A stretch of DNA of 64,000 nucleotides, taken from positions 16,112 through 80,111 of the forward strand of contig JBJHBI010000011.1 of NCBI GenBank assembly GCA_050485405.1, in the 5' to 3' direction. Shown one piece after another: positions 31,021-40,683 of the stretch (its first letter is position 1; each line of letters opens with the position of its first letter). A program made the translations under genes and the position numbers. This stretch comes from Salinarimonadaceae bacterium. Its GTDB lineage: Bacteria > Pseudomonadota > Alphaproteobacteria > Rhizobiales > Beijerinckiaceae. Under the pieces are notes generated by a model. The model made no database searches, was not told where the DNA came from, and saw only the letters and a program-made list of their open reading frames with translations.

Positions 31021-32385
31021 TCAAAGTAACGTACCGTTCGTCTCGGCCCGGGTCACGCCGATGACGATTCCGGCGAATACCTCGGCGACGAAGCCGCAAT
31101 CACGCCAGATATCGGCCGCGACCGGCGGCGTCCGCCCGTCGAGCGGGGCGGCCTGCGCCGCCATGCCCCGGAACTGGATGCGTCCATCCGCCTCACGCTG
31201 CACCGCGAGCAAGCCCGCATTCTCGGCGGGGCGGTCGAGCGAGAGCGCGAAGCGACCGCGCGCGTCCCGGGCCTGGCTGAGCAGGGCGATCTCACCGAAG
31301 GCGAGGGCGTCGACGACGCCGTGTGTGAGGGGCGTCTGCGCCTTGAACCGTACCGGCGCGCGATGCACGAGCACCACGCCGCAGAGATTCTCCGGGAAAT
31401 CGAGGCGGGCGAGATCGGATTCCATCCATCCGGGCGCGACGAGACGAACGGGGGCGTCGCCGGGCAGGCTCTGCGCGAGCGCGTCGCTCGCAAACAGCCC
31501 GTGTGCCTCGAGCGCGCAGCCGCTGATCAGCGCCGCCATCAGGCCCGTCGTGAGCCCGCGATGGTCATCCTGCGCGAGCAGGGTCAGGAGACGCTCCTGC
31601 GGGCCCACATGAGCCGCCGCGACGAATCCCTCGGCTGCGGCGTGCGCGGAAGCCCAACTGCGAAACCACGCGACCGGCGCGGCATCGGGCTCGTTCTCCG
31701 CCATGTCGAAGGAGACATAGCCGGCCGCGCCATGCGCTTCGCCCAAGGGCGGCGAAGCATCGGTATCAGGCTCGGGCGTGACGGGTTGTGCCGCGACAGC
31801 GTCGAGATCCGTGAAGCCGTCGGGGACGCCGGGGCCGAAGGCAGTGAGGAAGCGCAGGCCGAAATAGCGCATCGCGAGGTCGCGCCATTCCATGGCCGGA
31901 AAGAGATCGCCGACGCGGCTCTGGGTGACGACTCCGGCGAGGCCGAGGCTCTCGACCACCGATCCGATGCGCTCGGGTGACCAGCCGAGCGGGATCAGGC
32001 AGGGCGTCAGCCCGGCGCGATCGAGCGCGGCGATGGTGAGGCAGGCTGTCGTTCCGGCGGGGAGGGCGACGCCGAACAATGCGCGCGGCGGCAATCCGAA
32101 CCCGGCGAAGCGCGCCGCGAGCCGGGTGACGACCGTCTCGGCCGCGGCATTGGTGAGCGGCGTCTCCACGCGCCCGGACCAGTTCGCGAGCCCGGGCTGC
32201 GGCAGGAAGGCGGTTGCCCCGGGATCCATGGCCGCGCGCCGGGAGAGCAGAGCAGCAACGCCGTGATCGCGATCATCGGCGGAAGATTGCGCGTCGTCGC
32301 CCGCTTCCGGCGCCCAGATTTCCCGTGCCGGCGGTTTCATGAACAAGGATTCCCCCCGATTGACCGATTCGCCCTGCGCGATCAT
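31021..32385 (-). CDS. Divergent adenylate-forming (AMP-binding) superfamily homologue lacking a recognisable P-loop
   Basis: 454 aa. ATG 32340 is an alternative start with a GGGGGAA SD. The N-terminal layout LLSRRAAMDPGATAF...LTNAAAETVVTRLAARFAGFGLPP...GVALPAGTTACLTIAALDRAGLTPCLIP mirrors acyl-CoA synthetases. The S/T/G-rich ATP loop is replaced by YVSFDMAENEPDAAPV. Confidence 0.55.
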   Translation of the reverse strand: MIAQGESVNRGESLFMKPPAREIWAPEAGDDAQSSADDRDHGVAALLSRRAAMDPGATAFLPQPGLANWSGRVETPLTNAAAETVVTRLAARFAGFGLPPRALFGVALPAGTTACLTIAALDRAGLTPCLIPLGWSPERIGSVVESLGLAGVVTQSRVGDLFPAMEWRDLAMRYFGLRFLTAFGPGVPDGFTDLDAVAAQPVTPEPDTDASPPLGEAHGAAGYVSFDMAENEPDAAPVAWFRSWASAHAAAEGFVAAAHVGPQERLLTLLAQDDHRGLTTGLMAALISGCALEAHGLFASDALAQSLPGDAPVRLVAPGWMESDLARLDFPENLCGVVLVHRAPVRFKAQTPLTHGVVDALAFGEIALLSQARDARGRFALSLDRPAENAGLLAVQREADGRIQFRGMAAQAAPLDGRTPPVAADIWRDCGFVAEVFAGIVIGVTRAETNGTLL

Positions 32386-32391
32386 GCCGCG

Positions 32392-34245
32392 TCACGGCGA
32401 TTCGCGCCACCACAGTTCCGGCGGCAAACCCATCATCGGAACCGCATCGGGGCGCCGCAGCCCCGCATCATGTGCGATCCACAAGGCCGGCTGGTGCATC
32501 AGCGGGATGACGTAGAAGCCCGAGAGCAGCACGCGGTCTAGGGCGCGGACGGTGGCGACGAAGTCCTCGCGGTCATGCGCTTCTAGCATCGCGTCGATCA
32601 GGGCGTCGATCGCGGGCTCCTGCGCGCCGGCGAAATTGAGCGAGCCGTCGTTCTGCGCCGCAAGCGAACTCCAGCGGTTGCGCTGCTCGTTGCCGGGCGA
32701 GGCCGAAACGCCCCAGGTCCATTCGATCATGTCGAAATCGAAGGCGGAGAGACGCCGCCAATATTGTGCGTCGTCGACGATACGCACCCGCATGTCGATG
32801 CCGAGCCGGCGCAGGCTCTGCGCGTAGTTCAGGGCGAGCCGCTCCTGCGTCCGCGACACGGCGATGAATTCGAAGGCGAAGCTCTGCCCGGTCTCGCCAT
32901 GGCGCAGGGCATTCCCGTCGAGCTGCCAGCCGGCATCGTTGAGCAGATCCATGGCGAAGCGCGCCATCGCCCGGTCGCGGCCCGATCCGTCCGGCCCGGG
33001 GGGGCGCCAGGTGCCGTCCATGATGTCGGGCCGCACCGCGTCCGGGAAGGGTTCGAGCCGCGCGCGTTCGGCGTCGCTCGCGGGATGTCCGATCGAGGAG
33101 AGATCGGAGCCCTCGAAGAAGCTCTGCGTGCGCGCCATCAGCCCGTAGGAGAGGTTGCGGTTTACCCATTCGAAGTCGAACAACGCGGTCAGTGCCTCGC
33201 GCACGCGGATATCCGAGAACAGGTCCTGACGCGTATTGAAGACGAAGCCGTTCATGCCGCGTGGCGTCTCGATCGGGACCTCCTCGCGCACGATCCGCCC
33301 GTCGGTGATGGCGGGAAAGTCGTAGCCGGTGGCCCAGCGGGTGGCATCGGTCTCGATGCGCAGGTCATAGAATCCGGTCTTGAACCCCTCGAACATCGTG
33401 TTCCCGTCACGGAAGAACTCGTAGCGGATCGTGTCGAAGTTGTACTTTCCTCGTCGACTCGGCAGGTCGGCGCCCCAGTAATCCGCGCGCCGCGTCAGGG
33501 TCAGCCGCTCCCCGGGACGCACTTCGCTGATCTCGTATGGGCCGGAACCGAGCGGGCCCTGCAGGAAGGTCGTCTGGAAGGTCTCGGCATCCATCGCATG
33601 GGCGGGCATGACGCGCATCAGCCCCAGAAGCAGCGGCAATTCGCGATCATCCGTCTCGGAGAGATCGAAGCGAATGGTGAGATCGTCGATGATCTCGACT
33701 TCCGAGACCTGGCCGTAATTCGAGCGGAAGTAGGGGCGCCCGTGTTCTTTCAGCGTCTCGAAGCTGAACAGCACGTCTTGCGCCGTCACGGGTTCGCCAT
33801 CGGCGAAGCGCGCCTGCGGGTTCAGCCTGAAGGTGATCGAGGACCGGTCGTCGGGGAGCGCGACGGCCTCGGCCAGCAGGGGATAGAGCGAGAACGGCTC
33901 GTCGAGCGAACGCGCCATCAGCGGCTCCAGCACGAAATTCGGTACGGCATCGGGCGCTACGCCGCGCACGATATAGGTATTGAGGCTGTCGAAGGTGCCC
34001 TGGAGCGCCCGCGTGAAGCGCCCGCCCTTCGGCGCATCGGGGTTCACATAGGGAAAATGCGTGAAATCCGCCGGCAATTCCGGCTCGCCATGCATCGCGA
34101 TACCGTGGGTCCAGGTGATGGAATCGCTTTCGTCCGCCACTGCCGCCGCGTGATCGACCGTGACGAAGATCGGCCCGATCAGCAGAAGAGCCGCGAAGGC
34201 GAGACGCGACGGCAGGGCGTCACGGCTGAGGGCGGGGAAGTGCAT
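32392..34245 (-). CDS. Family-5 ABC substrate-binding protein (YejA-like), no cognate permease/ATPase adjacent
   Basis: ORF 32392..34467, with the likely start at ATG 34245 (MHFPALSRDALPSRLAFAALLL, a signal peptide). It contains HGEPELPADFTHFPYVNPDAPKGG, typical of YejA-type binding proteins. Confidence 0.82.
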   Translation of the reverse strand: MHFPALSRDALPSRLAFAALLLIGPIFVTVDHAAAVADESDSITWTHGIAMHGEPELPADFTHFPYVNPDAPKGGRFTRALQGTFDSLNTYIVRGVAPDAVPNFVLEPLMARSLDEPFSLYPLLAEAVALPDDRSSITFRLNPQARFADGEPVTAQDVLFSFETLKEHGRPYFRSNYGQVSEVEIIDDLTIRFDLSETDDRELPLLLGLMRVMPAHAMDAETFQTTFLQGPLGSGPYEISEVRPGERLTLTRRADYWGADLPSRRGKYNFDTIRYEFFRDGNTMFEGFKTGFYDLRIETDATRWATGYDFPAITDGRIVREEVPIETPRGMNGFVFNTRQDLFSDIRVREALTALFDFEWVNRNLSYGLMARTQSFFEGSDLSSIGHPASDAERARLEPFPDAVRPDIMDGTWRPPGPDGSGRDRAMARFAMDLLNDAGWQLDGNALRHGETGQSFAFEFIAVSRTQERLALNYAQSLRRLGIDMRVRIVDDAQYWRRLSAFDFDMIEWTWGVSASPGNEQRNRWSSLAAQNDGSLNFAGAQEPAIDALIDAMLEAHDREDFVATVRALDRVLLSGFYVIPLMHQPALWIAHDAGLRRPDAVPMMGLPPELWWRESP

Positions 34246-34470
34246 GGGACATCCTTCGAAGCGGCACTGGTCTCGAATCAGTCGGAACTTATCACGATTG
34301 TCGCTTGCGAAAACGACTGGAAAGCGGCGCCATGAAACGCTAGAACGGCGTCGCCGATGCCATCGCTTCGCCGCATTCGGCCCGCACGGCGTGGCATCAA
34401 CGGGATCACAGGGTCGCAACGGCGGCGCTTCGACGGCGCCTTGCACCATCGAACCATGAAGGATCAACGC

Positions 34471-35193
34471 ATGTCATTTCCGACGCGCCCCGCGAAAACG
34501 CGGACCTCGTTAGGCCTGGTCGCCGCCCTCGCTCTGGCCGGCGCCGCGTTCGTTCCCGGCGCGGCCCTTGCGCAGACGCCGCCGCCGGCCCCCGCGCCGG
34601 AAGGCCAGGCACCGATGGCGCCGGAGCCGACGCAGGACGGCCAGCCGATCACCGTTCCGGTCTTCCCCGAGCCTTCCCAGACCGAGTGGACCAAGGTCTG
34701 CGGTACGGATCCGGCGACCGAGGCGCGCATCTGCTACACCACGCGCGACTTCATCTCCGAGGATGGCGAGCCGCTGATGGCGGTTGCCGTCTACGATATC
34801 GAGGGCGGTAGCGCAGACGAGCCGAACAAGGTGGTGCGCATGCTCATGCCGCTCGGCCTCCTGCTCCAGCCGGGTATCCGTTTCGCCGCCGACCAGAACC
34901 GCCCGACCAACGGCAGCTACGCGATCTGCTTCCCGAACGGTTGCTTTGCGGAAGCCACGATCGACGAGGAGCGCCTCGACCAGCTCAAGGAAGGCGAAAC
35001 CCTCAATGTCAGCGTCCAGAACCAGATCGGCCAGGTCGTGACCTTCGCCGTGCCGCTCGAGGGCTTCGCGGAAGGTTTCGACGGCGATCCGATCGATCCG
35101 GAAGAGCTCGAAGCCCAGCAGCGCCGCTTGCAGGAAGAGCTGCAGCGCCGCTCCGACGAAATGCGCGAGCGCCTTCAGCAGCAGGCCCAGTAA
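34471..35193 (+). CDS. Invasion-associated locus B (IalB) family protein
   Basis: It has a signal peptide, a Pro-rich linker, then TEWTKVCG...ICYTTRDF...AICFPNGCFA and a coiled C-terminal tail. An AAGGA SD precedes ATG 34471, and ATG 34456 is an alternative start. Confidence 0.8.
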   Translation: MSFPTRPAKTRTSLGLVAALALAGAAFVPGAALAQTPPPAPAPEGQAPMAPEPTQDGQPITVPVFPEPSQTEWTKVCGTDPATEARICYTTRDFISEDGEPLMAVAVYDIEGGSADEPNKVVRMLMPLGLLLQPGIRFAADQNRPTNGSYAICFPNGCFAEATIDEERLDQLKEGETLNVSVQNQIGQVVTFAVPLEGFAEGFDGDPIDPEELEAQQRRLQEELQRRSDEMRERLQQQAQ

Positions 35194-35217
35194 GCCGCTT
35201 GCACGGTCTCGCAATAC

Positions 35218-35249
35218 AAAAAAGCCGGGTTTCGCGACCCGGCTTTTTC
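35218..35249. terminator. Bidirectional rho-independent terminator
   Basis: AAAAAA-AGCCGGGT-ttcgcg-ACCCGGCT-TTTT between the convergent IalB-like gene and hspQ. Confidence 0.8.
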
Positions 35250-35302
35250 ATTTGGCCGACACCTGCCGGCGCGGCAATGACCTCGAAGAACGGCGCCCGC
35301 CT

Positions 35303-35632
35303 TCAGTTCGCCGTCCCCGGCTTGGGGCGATAGGCACCGTCCGCCTGGCGTTCGAACATGGAGGGAACCATCGGATGGCGCAAAGGCGCGTCCGAATCGT
35401 CCGGCACGAGGTTCTGCTCGGAGACGTAGGCGACATATTCGGTCTGCGCGTTCTCGGCGAAGAGATGATAGAACGGTTGGTCCTTGCGCGGGCGCACTTC
35501 CTCAGGGATCGCCTGCCACCATTCCTCGGTATTGGCGAATTCCGGATCGACGTCGAAAATAATTCCCCGGAACGGATAATACCGATGCCGGACCACCTGG
35601 CCAATTGCGAATTTGGCGACGCGTACTGTCAT
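35303..35632 (-). CDS. hspQ: Heat-shock protein HspQ / hemimethylated-DNA-binding (YccV) domain protein
   Basis: 109 aa from MTVRVAKFAIGQVVRHRYYPFRGIIFDVDP...PFYHLFAEN. Confidence 0.85.
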   Translation of the reverse strand: MTVRVAKFAIGQVVRHRYYPFRGIIFDVDPEFANTEEWWQAIPEEVRPRKDQPFYHLFAENAQTEYVAYVSEQNLVPDDSDAPLRHPMVPSMFERQADGAYRPKPGTAN

Positions 35633-35820
35633 GCATGACCCCTTTAAATTGAAAATAAGCGCATTCATTGCGGAATCAAAGGCTGTTTCGCATGAAATCC
35701 CCTTGCATCAGCGCAAGTTGTGGGTATCCCGGTATGCGTTATTCGCCGGTTGTCGGAACACCTTCCGCGCGCTTAGTGTGACCACCCGCCCGTTTCTTCC
35801 CTTGCCCGGAGCGTCGCCGC

Positions 35821-36801
35821 ATGTCCGATCTGATCGGGCTTCTCGATCTGATCGCCCCGTTTTTCGGGCTGATCGCCATCGGTTTCGTCTGCGCGAGGCT
35901 CGTGGATCTGGAGAAGGGTGGTCTGGCCTGGATGCAGTTCTTCCTGATCTACATCGCGTTGCCATGCCTGTTCTTCCGCCTCGTCGCCGACAAGCCCATC
36001 GACGAACTGGCCAACTGGCCCTTCATCATCGCCACGACGCTCGCCACCTATTGCGCTTTCGCGCTGGCTTTTGCCATCGGCTGGTGGTTCACGCGTGATC
36101 TGCCGCAGGCGGTGATGCAGGGGGTGGCGGGGTCGTATTCGAATATCGGCTATATGGGTCCGCCTCTGATCCTCGCGGCACTCGGCCCGGCCGCGACGGC
36201 GCCCGTCGTCCTGATCTTCGTCTTCGACAATCTGCTGCTGTTCTCTCTGATCCCGCTCTTGATGGCGATTGCCGGCGTCGAGAACAAAAGCCCTCTGCGG
36301 ATGGCGGGGGAGGTGGCGTATCGCGTGGTCACGCATCCATTCAACATCGCCACGGTGCTGGGCGTCGTGTTCAGCTATTTCACGCTGAGGGTTCCGAGCA
36401 CCATCGATACGATGACGGAATGGCTCGCCAATGCGGCCGCGCCCTCGGCGCTGTTCCTGCTCGGCGTCACGGTGGCGCTGACGCGCGGAAGCGGGACGAA
36501 GCGCATTCCGCCGGAAGTGCCGTTCCTCGTGGTGATCAAGCTCATCATCCACCCGCTTCTCGTCTGGGTTCTGCTCTCGGCGATCGGCGTGTTCGACCCG
36601 ATGTGGGTCTTCGCCGCGATCGTGATGGCCGCGCTGCCGCCCGCGCTCAACATCTTCGTGATCTCGACGCAGTACAAGGTCGGCGTCGAGCGCGCTTCGG
36701 CCTGCGTGCTCGCCGGAACCGTAGTCTCGGTGGTGACGCTGACGGCCTTCCTCTGGCTGATCCGCAGCGGCTACCTGCCGCACGATCTGTTCCCGATGTG
36801 A
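35821..36801 (+). CDS. AEC-family (auxin efflux carrier) transporter
   Basis: 326 aa and polytopic, beginning MSDLIGLLDLIAPFFGLIAIGF. Confidence 0.85.
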   Translation: MSDLIGLLDLIAPFFGLIAIGFVCARLVDLEKGGLAWMQFFLIYIALPCLFFRLVADKPIDELANWPFIIATTLATYCAFALAFAIGWWFTRDLPQAVMQGVAGSYSNIGYMGPPLILAALGPAATAPVVLIFVFDNLLLFSLIPLLMAIAGVENKSPLRMAGEVAYRVVTHPFNIATVLGVVFSYFTLRVPSTIDTMTEWLANAAAPSALFLLGVTVALTRGSGTKRIPPEVPFLVVIKLIIHPLLVWVLLSAIGVFDPMWVFAAIVMAALPPALNIFVISTQYKVGVERASACVLAGTVVSVVTLTAFLWLIRSGYLPHDLFPM

Positions 36802-36853
36802 CGGACCTGACTTTGCCCGATGGAATGGATATGATCGCGGGGAGGGGATGACC

Positions 36854-38071
36854 ATGGCGCCGCAGAACGACCCGTTGCCGCTCGACGGCATTACCGTGAT
36901 CGACCTCTCGACGCTGCTGCCAGGCCCGCTGGCATCGCTGATGCTCGCGGAAGCGGGGGCGCGCGTGATAAAGGTCGAGCGACCCGGCGGCGAGGACATG
37001 CGCGGCTTCGCGCCGATGCTCGACGGCGCGTCGGTCCCCTTCGCGATCCTCAATGCCGGCAAGGAATGCATCGCCCTCGATTTGAAGAAACCCGCCGACA
37101 AAGCCCGGCTCGAAGCACTGATTGCGCAGGCCGATATCGTGATCGAGCAGTTTCGCCCCGGTGTCATGACGCGGCTCGGCCTCGATCCGGCGGAACTCAC
37201 CGCACACCATCCCGGCCTGATCTATTGCGCCGTGACGGGCTATGGCCAGGAGGGACCGCGCAGCGAAGATGCCGGGCATGATCTGAATTATCAGGCGCTT
37301 ACAGGGCTTCTTTCACTTTCGCCGGGAACAGCGGACGCGCCGACGATCCCGCCTGCGCTCACCGCCGACATTGCCGGCGGCGCCATGCCGGCGGTGATCA
37401 ACATCCTGCTCGCCCTGCGCCGGCGCGACCGGACCGGGCGCGGCTGCCGCATCGACATCGCGATGGCAGATGCGATGTTCACCTTCGCCTGGCTCGCACT
37501 CGCCCAGGGCCACGCGCATGCCGCAGATTCTCCCGACGAGGGTTCTCCCGTCGATGATGCGCAGGGGCGCGAAACACGGGATCACGGGTTCCCGGGATCA
37601 CGGGACACGCTTCTGACCGGCGCGAGCCCGCGCTACCAGCTCTATCCGACTGCGGATGACGCGTTCCTCGCCGTCGGGGCGCTGGAGCAGAAATTCTGGG
37701 ACGGCTTTTGCGATGCCATCGCCCTGCCGCCCGCTTTGCGCGACGACCGGCGCGATCCGCAGGCGACGCGAGAGGGCGTCGCGCGGATCATCCGGTCTCG
37801 GGATGCCGCCCATTGGCGCGCGCATATCGAACCGCGCGATTGCTGCTGCACCATCGTGCGCTCGCTGGCGGAGGCCCGTCACGATCCTCATTTCGTCGCG
37901 CGTGGATTGTTTGCGGTCAACGCTCTGCTGCCGGCGAGCGGGAGCGATACCGGCGCGGGGCGCACCGTTCCTCTCGCGACCCTGCCGATCGCGCCGGATC
38001 TGCGCCGCCCCCTCACGGATCTCCGCCGGGTCATGCGCCCGGGCGAAGCCGATCCCGGCGAAACCGGCTGA
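36854..38071 (+). CDS. Family III CoA-transferase (CaiB/BaiF)
   Basis: It contains LDGITVIDLSTLLPGPLASLMLAEAGARVIKVERPGGED. The GGAGGGG SD favours ATG 36854 over ATG 36848. Confidence 0.85.
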   Translation: MAPQNDPLPLDGITVIDLSTLLPGPLASLMLAEAGARVIKVERPGGEDMRGFAPMLDGASVPFAILNAGKECIALDLKKPADKARLEALIAQADIVIEQFRPGVMTRLGLDPAELTAHHPGLIYCAVTGYGQEGPRSEDAGHDLNYQALTGLLSLSPGTADAPTIPPALTADIAGGAMPAVINILLALRRRDRTGRGCRIDIAMADAMFTFAWLALAQGHAHAADSPDEGSPVDDAQGRETRDHGFPGSRDTLLTGASPRYQLYPTADDAFLAVGALEQKFWDGFCDAIALPPALRDDRRDPQATREGVARIIRSRDAAHWRAHIEPRDCCCTIVRSLAEARHDPHFVARGLFAVNALLPASGSDTGAGRTVPLATLPIAPDLRRPLTDLRRVMRPGEADPGETG

Positions 38072-38087
38072 ACGCGTCGCTTAGCCT

Positions 38088-39362
38088 TCAGATGTGCGCG
38101 GCTGCGCGCGGGTCGCGGCGCATCAGCTGCGGTGTGGCGAGGCGCGGGCTCACGCCCTCGCGCATCATGATCCGCCGTAGCGGCGTGATCGCGGCGAGTG
38201 CGCGCAAACCTGTTCCGCGGAGGAAATCGGCCGGCAGCAGACCGGAAAGCAGGGTGCGGTTGAGCATGTCGACGCCGAGCGTGCGGCTGCGCACGTCGAA
38301 CCGCCTGCCGCGATCATAGCGCGCAAGCGCCGCCGCGCTCCCGGGATCCGCGCCACCGGCCTCGGTGCCCACCACCGCATCGCGCAGGGCGGCGACGTCG
38401 CGCAGGCCGAGATTGAGCCCCTGCGCCCCGATCGGCGGAAAGGCATGCGCCGCCTCGCCGACCAGCGCGAGCCGGGGAGCGGTGAAGCGCGAGACGGAGA
38501 GCCCGCCCATCGGCACCACCCCGCGCGGGCCGTCGATCGTCATCTTGCCGAGGATCGCATGCGCCTGCCGCTCGATCGTCAGCGCGAGCGCCGCATCGGT
38601 ATATTCGCGCAGATGCGCGGCCTTTTCGGGCTCCGTCACCCAGACGAGGCTGGAGCGGCGGCCGGGCAGGGGGACCAGCGTGAACGGGCCGTGGCGGGTG
38701 TGGAATTCCGTCGAGATGTCGCGATGATCGCGCTCATGGGCGAGGATCGTGGTCAGCGCCGCCTGCGGATAGGTCCAGCTGCGCGCCTGGATTCCGGCGG
38801 CGCGGCGCATCGGCGAGTTGCGCCCGTCGGCTGCGACGACGAGCGAGGCCGCGATGCGGCTCCCGTCATCCAGGGATACCGTGATCCTCTGATCCTGTGC
38901 GGTATCCGAAATGCCTTCCTCAGCGTCGACGACTTCCTCAGCGTCGATGCCGGTCGCCATGTTGGAAAAGCACGTGATTTCCGGATGCGCGGCCACGGCC
39001 TCGGCGAGGGTTTCGACCAGCGTGGCGTTCTCGATATTCCAGCCGAACGCGTCGAGCCCGATTTCGCGGCATTTGAAATCCACCACCGGGGCGCGAAACA
39101 GGCTGTCCGTATCGTCGATCAGGCGCATGATCTCGAGCGGCGCGGCCTGGGGCGCGAGCGCCTCCCAGATACCGAGGCGCTCCATCAGATGGACCGAGCC
39201 GTCGAGCAGCGCGACGGTGCGCCCGTCTCGCGGGGCGAGGGCGCGCCCGATCACGGCGACGCGGTAGCCCTCGCGAGCGAAGGTCAGCGCCGCGGCGAGA
39301 CCGGCGGCGCCGGTGCCGACGATGCAGATGTCGTGGGTCAGATCGTTCGTGGTCTTGCTCAT
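38088..39362 (-). CDS. FAD-dependent monooxygenase, UbiH/UbiF/VisC/COQ6 family
   Basis: 424 aa with the GxGxxG motif ICIVGTGAAGLAAAL and the C-terminal motif GEAAHAFPPIGAQGLNLGLRD. Confidence 0.85.
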   Translation of the reverse strand: MSKTTNDLTHDICIVGTGAAGLAAALTFAREGYRVAVIGRALAPRDGRTVALLDGSVHLMERLGIWEALAPQAAPLEIMRLIDDTDSLFRAPVVDFKCREIGLDAFGWNIENATLVETLAEAVAAHPEITCFSNMATGIDAEEVVDAEEGISDTAQDQRITVSLDDGSRIAASLVVAADGRNSPMRRAAGIQARSWTYPQAALTTILAHERDHRDISTEFHTRHGPFTLVPLPGRRSSLVWVTEPEKAAHLREYTDAALALTIERQAHAILGKMTIDGPRGVVPMGGLSVSRFTAPRLALVGEAAHAFPPIGAQGLNLGLRDVAALRDAVVGTEAGGADPGSAAALARYDRGRRFDVRSRTLGVDMLNRTLLSGLLPADFLRGTGLRALAAITPLRRIMMREGVSPRLATPQLMRRDPRAAAHI

Positions 39363-39434
39363 GCTGCGAAACTAGTGCCTTTCGCTATGGAAAGGGAAGC
39401 GGCGAAGCGTCGCTTTCGCGCAGCTGTCACCCGC

Positions 39435-40067
39435 TCAATCCATCACCGCCGCCTTGAGGATGCAGACCATGGTGGCGCGGCCCGGCTTGTCGCCGACGCA
39501 GCGCACGGTGTGGGGCCGGTCGCAGCGATAGCGCAGCGTCTCGCCGGTGCCCGCATGCTGGACGACGCAGGCCACCTCGACCTCGAAATCCCCCTCCAGC
39601 ACGGAGAGCGTCTCGACCGAGCCGCGCTGATGCGCGTCCGATTCGAGCACCCCGCCCGGATCGGCCGAGATATCGTACCATTGCAGCCACTCGACCGTCT
39701 TGATCCAGCCGATGATGGCCAGCCGCATCTTGCCGTCCTCGGAGACGAGGATCGGCGTATCGCGGCGGTTGGATTTCTCCAGAAACGGCTCGTCCTCGGC
39801 GGTGGCGAGCACGCGCTCGATCGACACGTCGAGCGCCTGCGACAGCCGCCAGATCGTGGCGAGGGTGGGGTTCGTCTCGTTGCGCTCGATCTGGCTGATG
39901 ATCGATTTCGCCACGCCGGACTGCTCGGCGAGCTCGGACAATGACAGGTTATAGGCCTTGCGCAGGCGCTGGATGGTCTTGCCCAACTGTCCCGATAGTT
40001 GCTGCGCGCCCGATTCCAGCTCCCGGGTCCGCTCTCGCCCTTCAACACCCATGATCACCAATTCCAC
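39435..40067 (-). CDS. XRE-family HTH + cupin domain transcriptional regulator
   Basis: It contains LSLSELAEQSGVAKSIISQIERNETNPTLATIWRLSQAL followed by a cupin-like C-terminus. The start is GTG 40067 or ATG 40052. Confidence 0.85.
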   Translation of the reverse strand: MELVIMGVEGRERTRELESGAQQLSGQLGKTIQRLRKAYNLSLSELAEQSGVAKSIISQIERNETNPTLATIWRLSQALDVSIERVLATAEDEPFLEKSNRRDTPILVSEDGKMRLAIIGWIKTVEWLQWYDISADPGGVLESDAHQRGSVETLSVLEGDFEVEVACVVQHAGTGETLRYRCDRPHTVRCVGDKPGRATMVCILKAAVMD

Positions 40068-40072
40068 TGGCC

Positions 40073-40110
40073 CGTTCGTAACAAGGAACGAACGTTTGAA
40101 GCTACGAACG
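40073..40110. promoter_or_regulatory. Candidate operator: CGTTCGT-N8-ACGAACG plus a third ACGAACG
   Basis: A perfect 7-bp inverted repeat at 40073-40094 and a direct copy at 40104-40110 lie immediately upstream of the XRE-cupin gene. Confidence 0.35.
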
Positions 40111-40254
40111 CACCATGCCCAATGCGATGGCGCGGATCAAGCGGGAATGGTGGAAAACCAACGCCGTAGCCCGATTTCGCGCGCGCATCGCCGCCGGTGC
40201 TAAACGGGTGTTGCGCCCGTGCGTTACCGCGCGTCGTGCCGGCTCGCGGGAGGG

Positions 40255-40596
40255 TTACGGATCGCTCCAGACCGCCATCAGCGTCCCGCCCGGCTCCCTG
40301 AATTCGAACCGCCGCCCGCCCGGAAATGCGAAGATCTCCTTCGTGATCTCCCCGCCCGCCTCGCGCACCGAATCAAGCGCCTTTTCGAGGTCCTGCGCCT
40401 TCAGCACCACCAGCGGCGCCCCCGCCGCATCGCTGCGCGCGATCCCCCCACCGATCCCGGCCTCCCGGATATCGCGATAATCGGGCCCATACTCCACGAA
40501 GCTCCACCCGAAAGCCTTCGCAAAGAACCCTTCCGTGGCTTCCATCTGCGGAGAATAAAACTCCACATAATCGATCTTCAGATCACCGTCGCTCAT
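40255..40596 (-). CDS. VOC (glyoxalase/bleomycin-resistance) family protein
   Basis: 113 aa with YVEFYSP...FGWSF...GGEITKEIFAFPGGRRFEFREPGG. Confidence 0.85.
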   Translation of the reverse strand: MSDGDLKIDYVEFYSPQMEATEGFFAKAFGWSFVEYGPDYRDIREAGIGGGIARSDAAGAPLVVLKAQDLEKALDSVREAGGEITKEIFAFPGGRRFEFREPGGTLMAVWSDP

Positions 40597-40683
40597 GATG
40601 TTTATCCTTTGTTCTTTTTGTGGAGGGTGTGGCGGGGTGGGTCAAGGGGGATTTTGGGGGAGGGGCATGAAGCGCCCGCCCGA

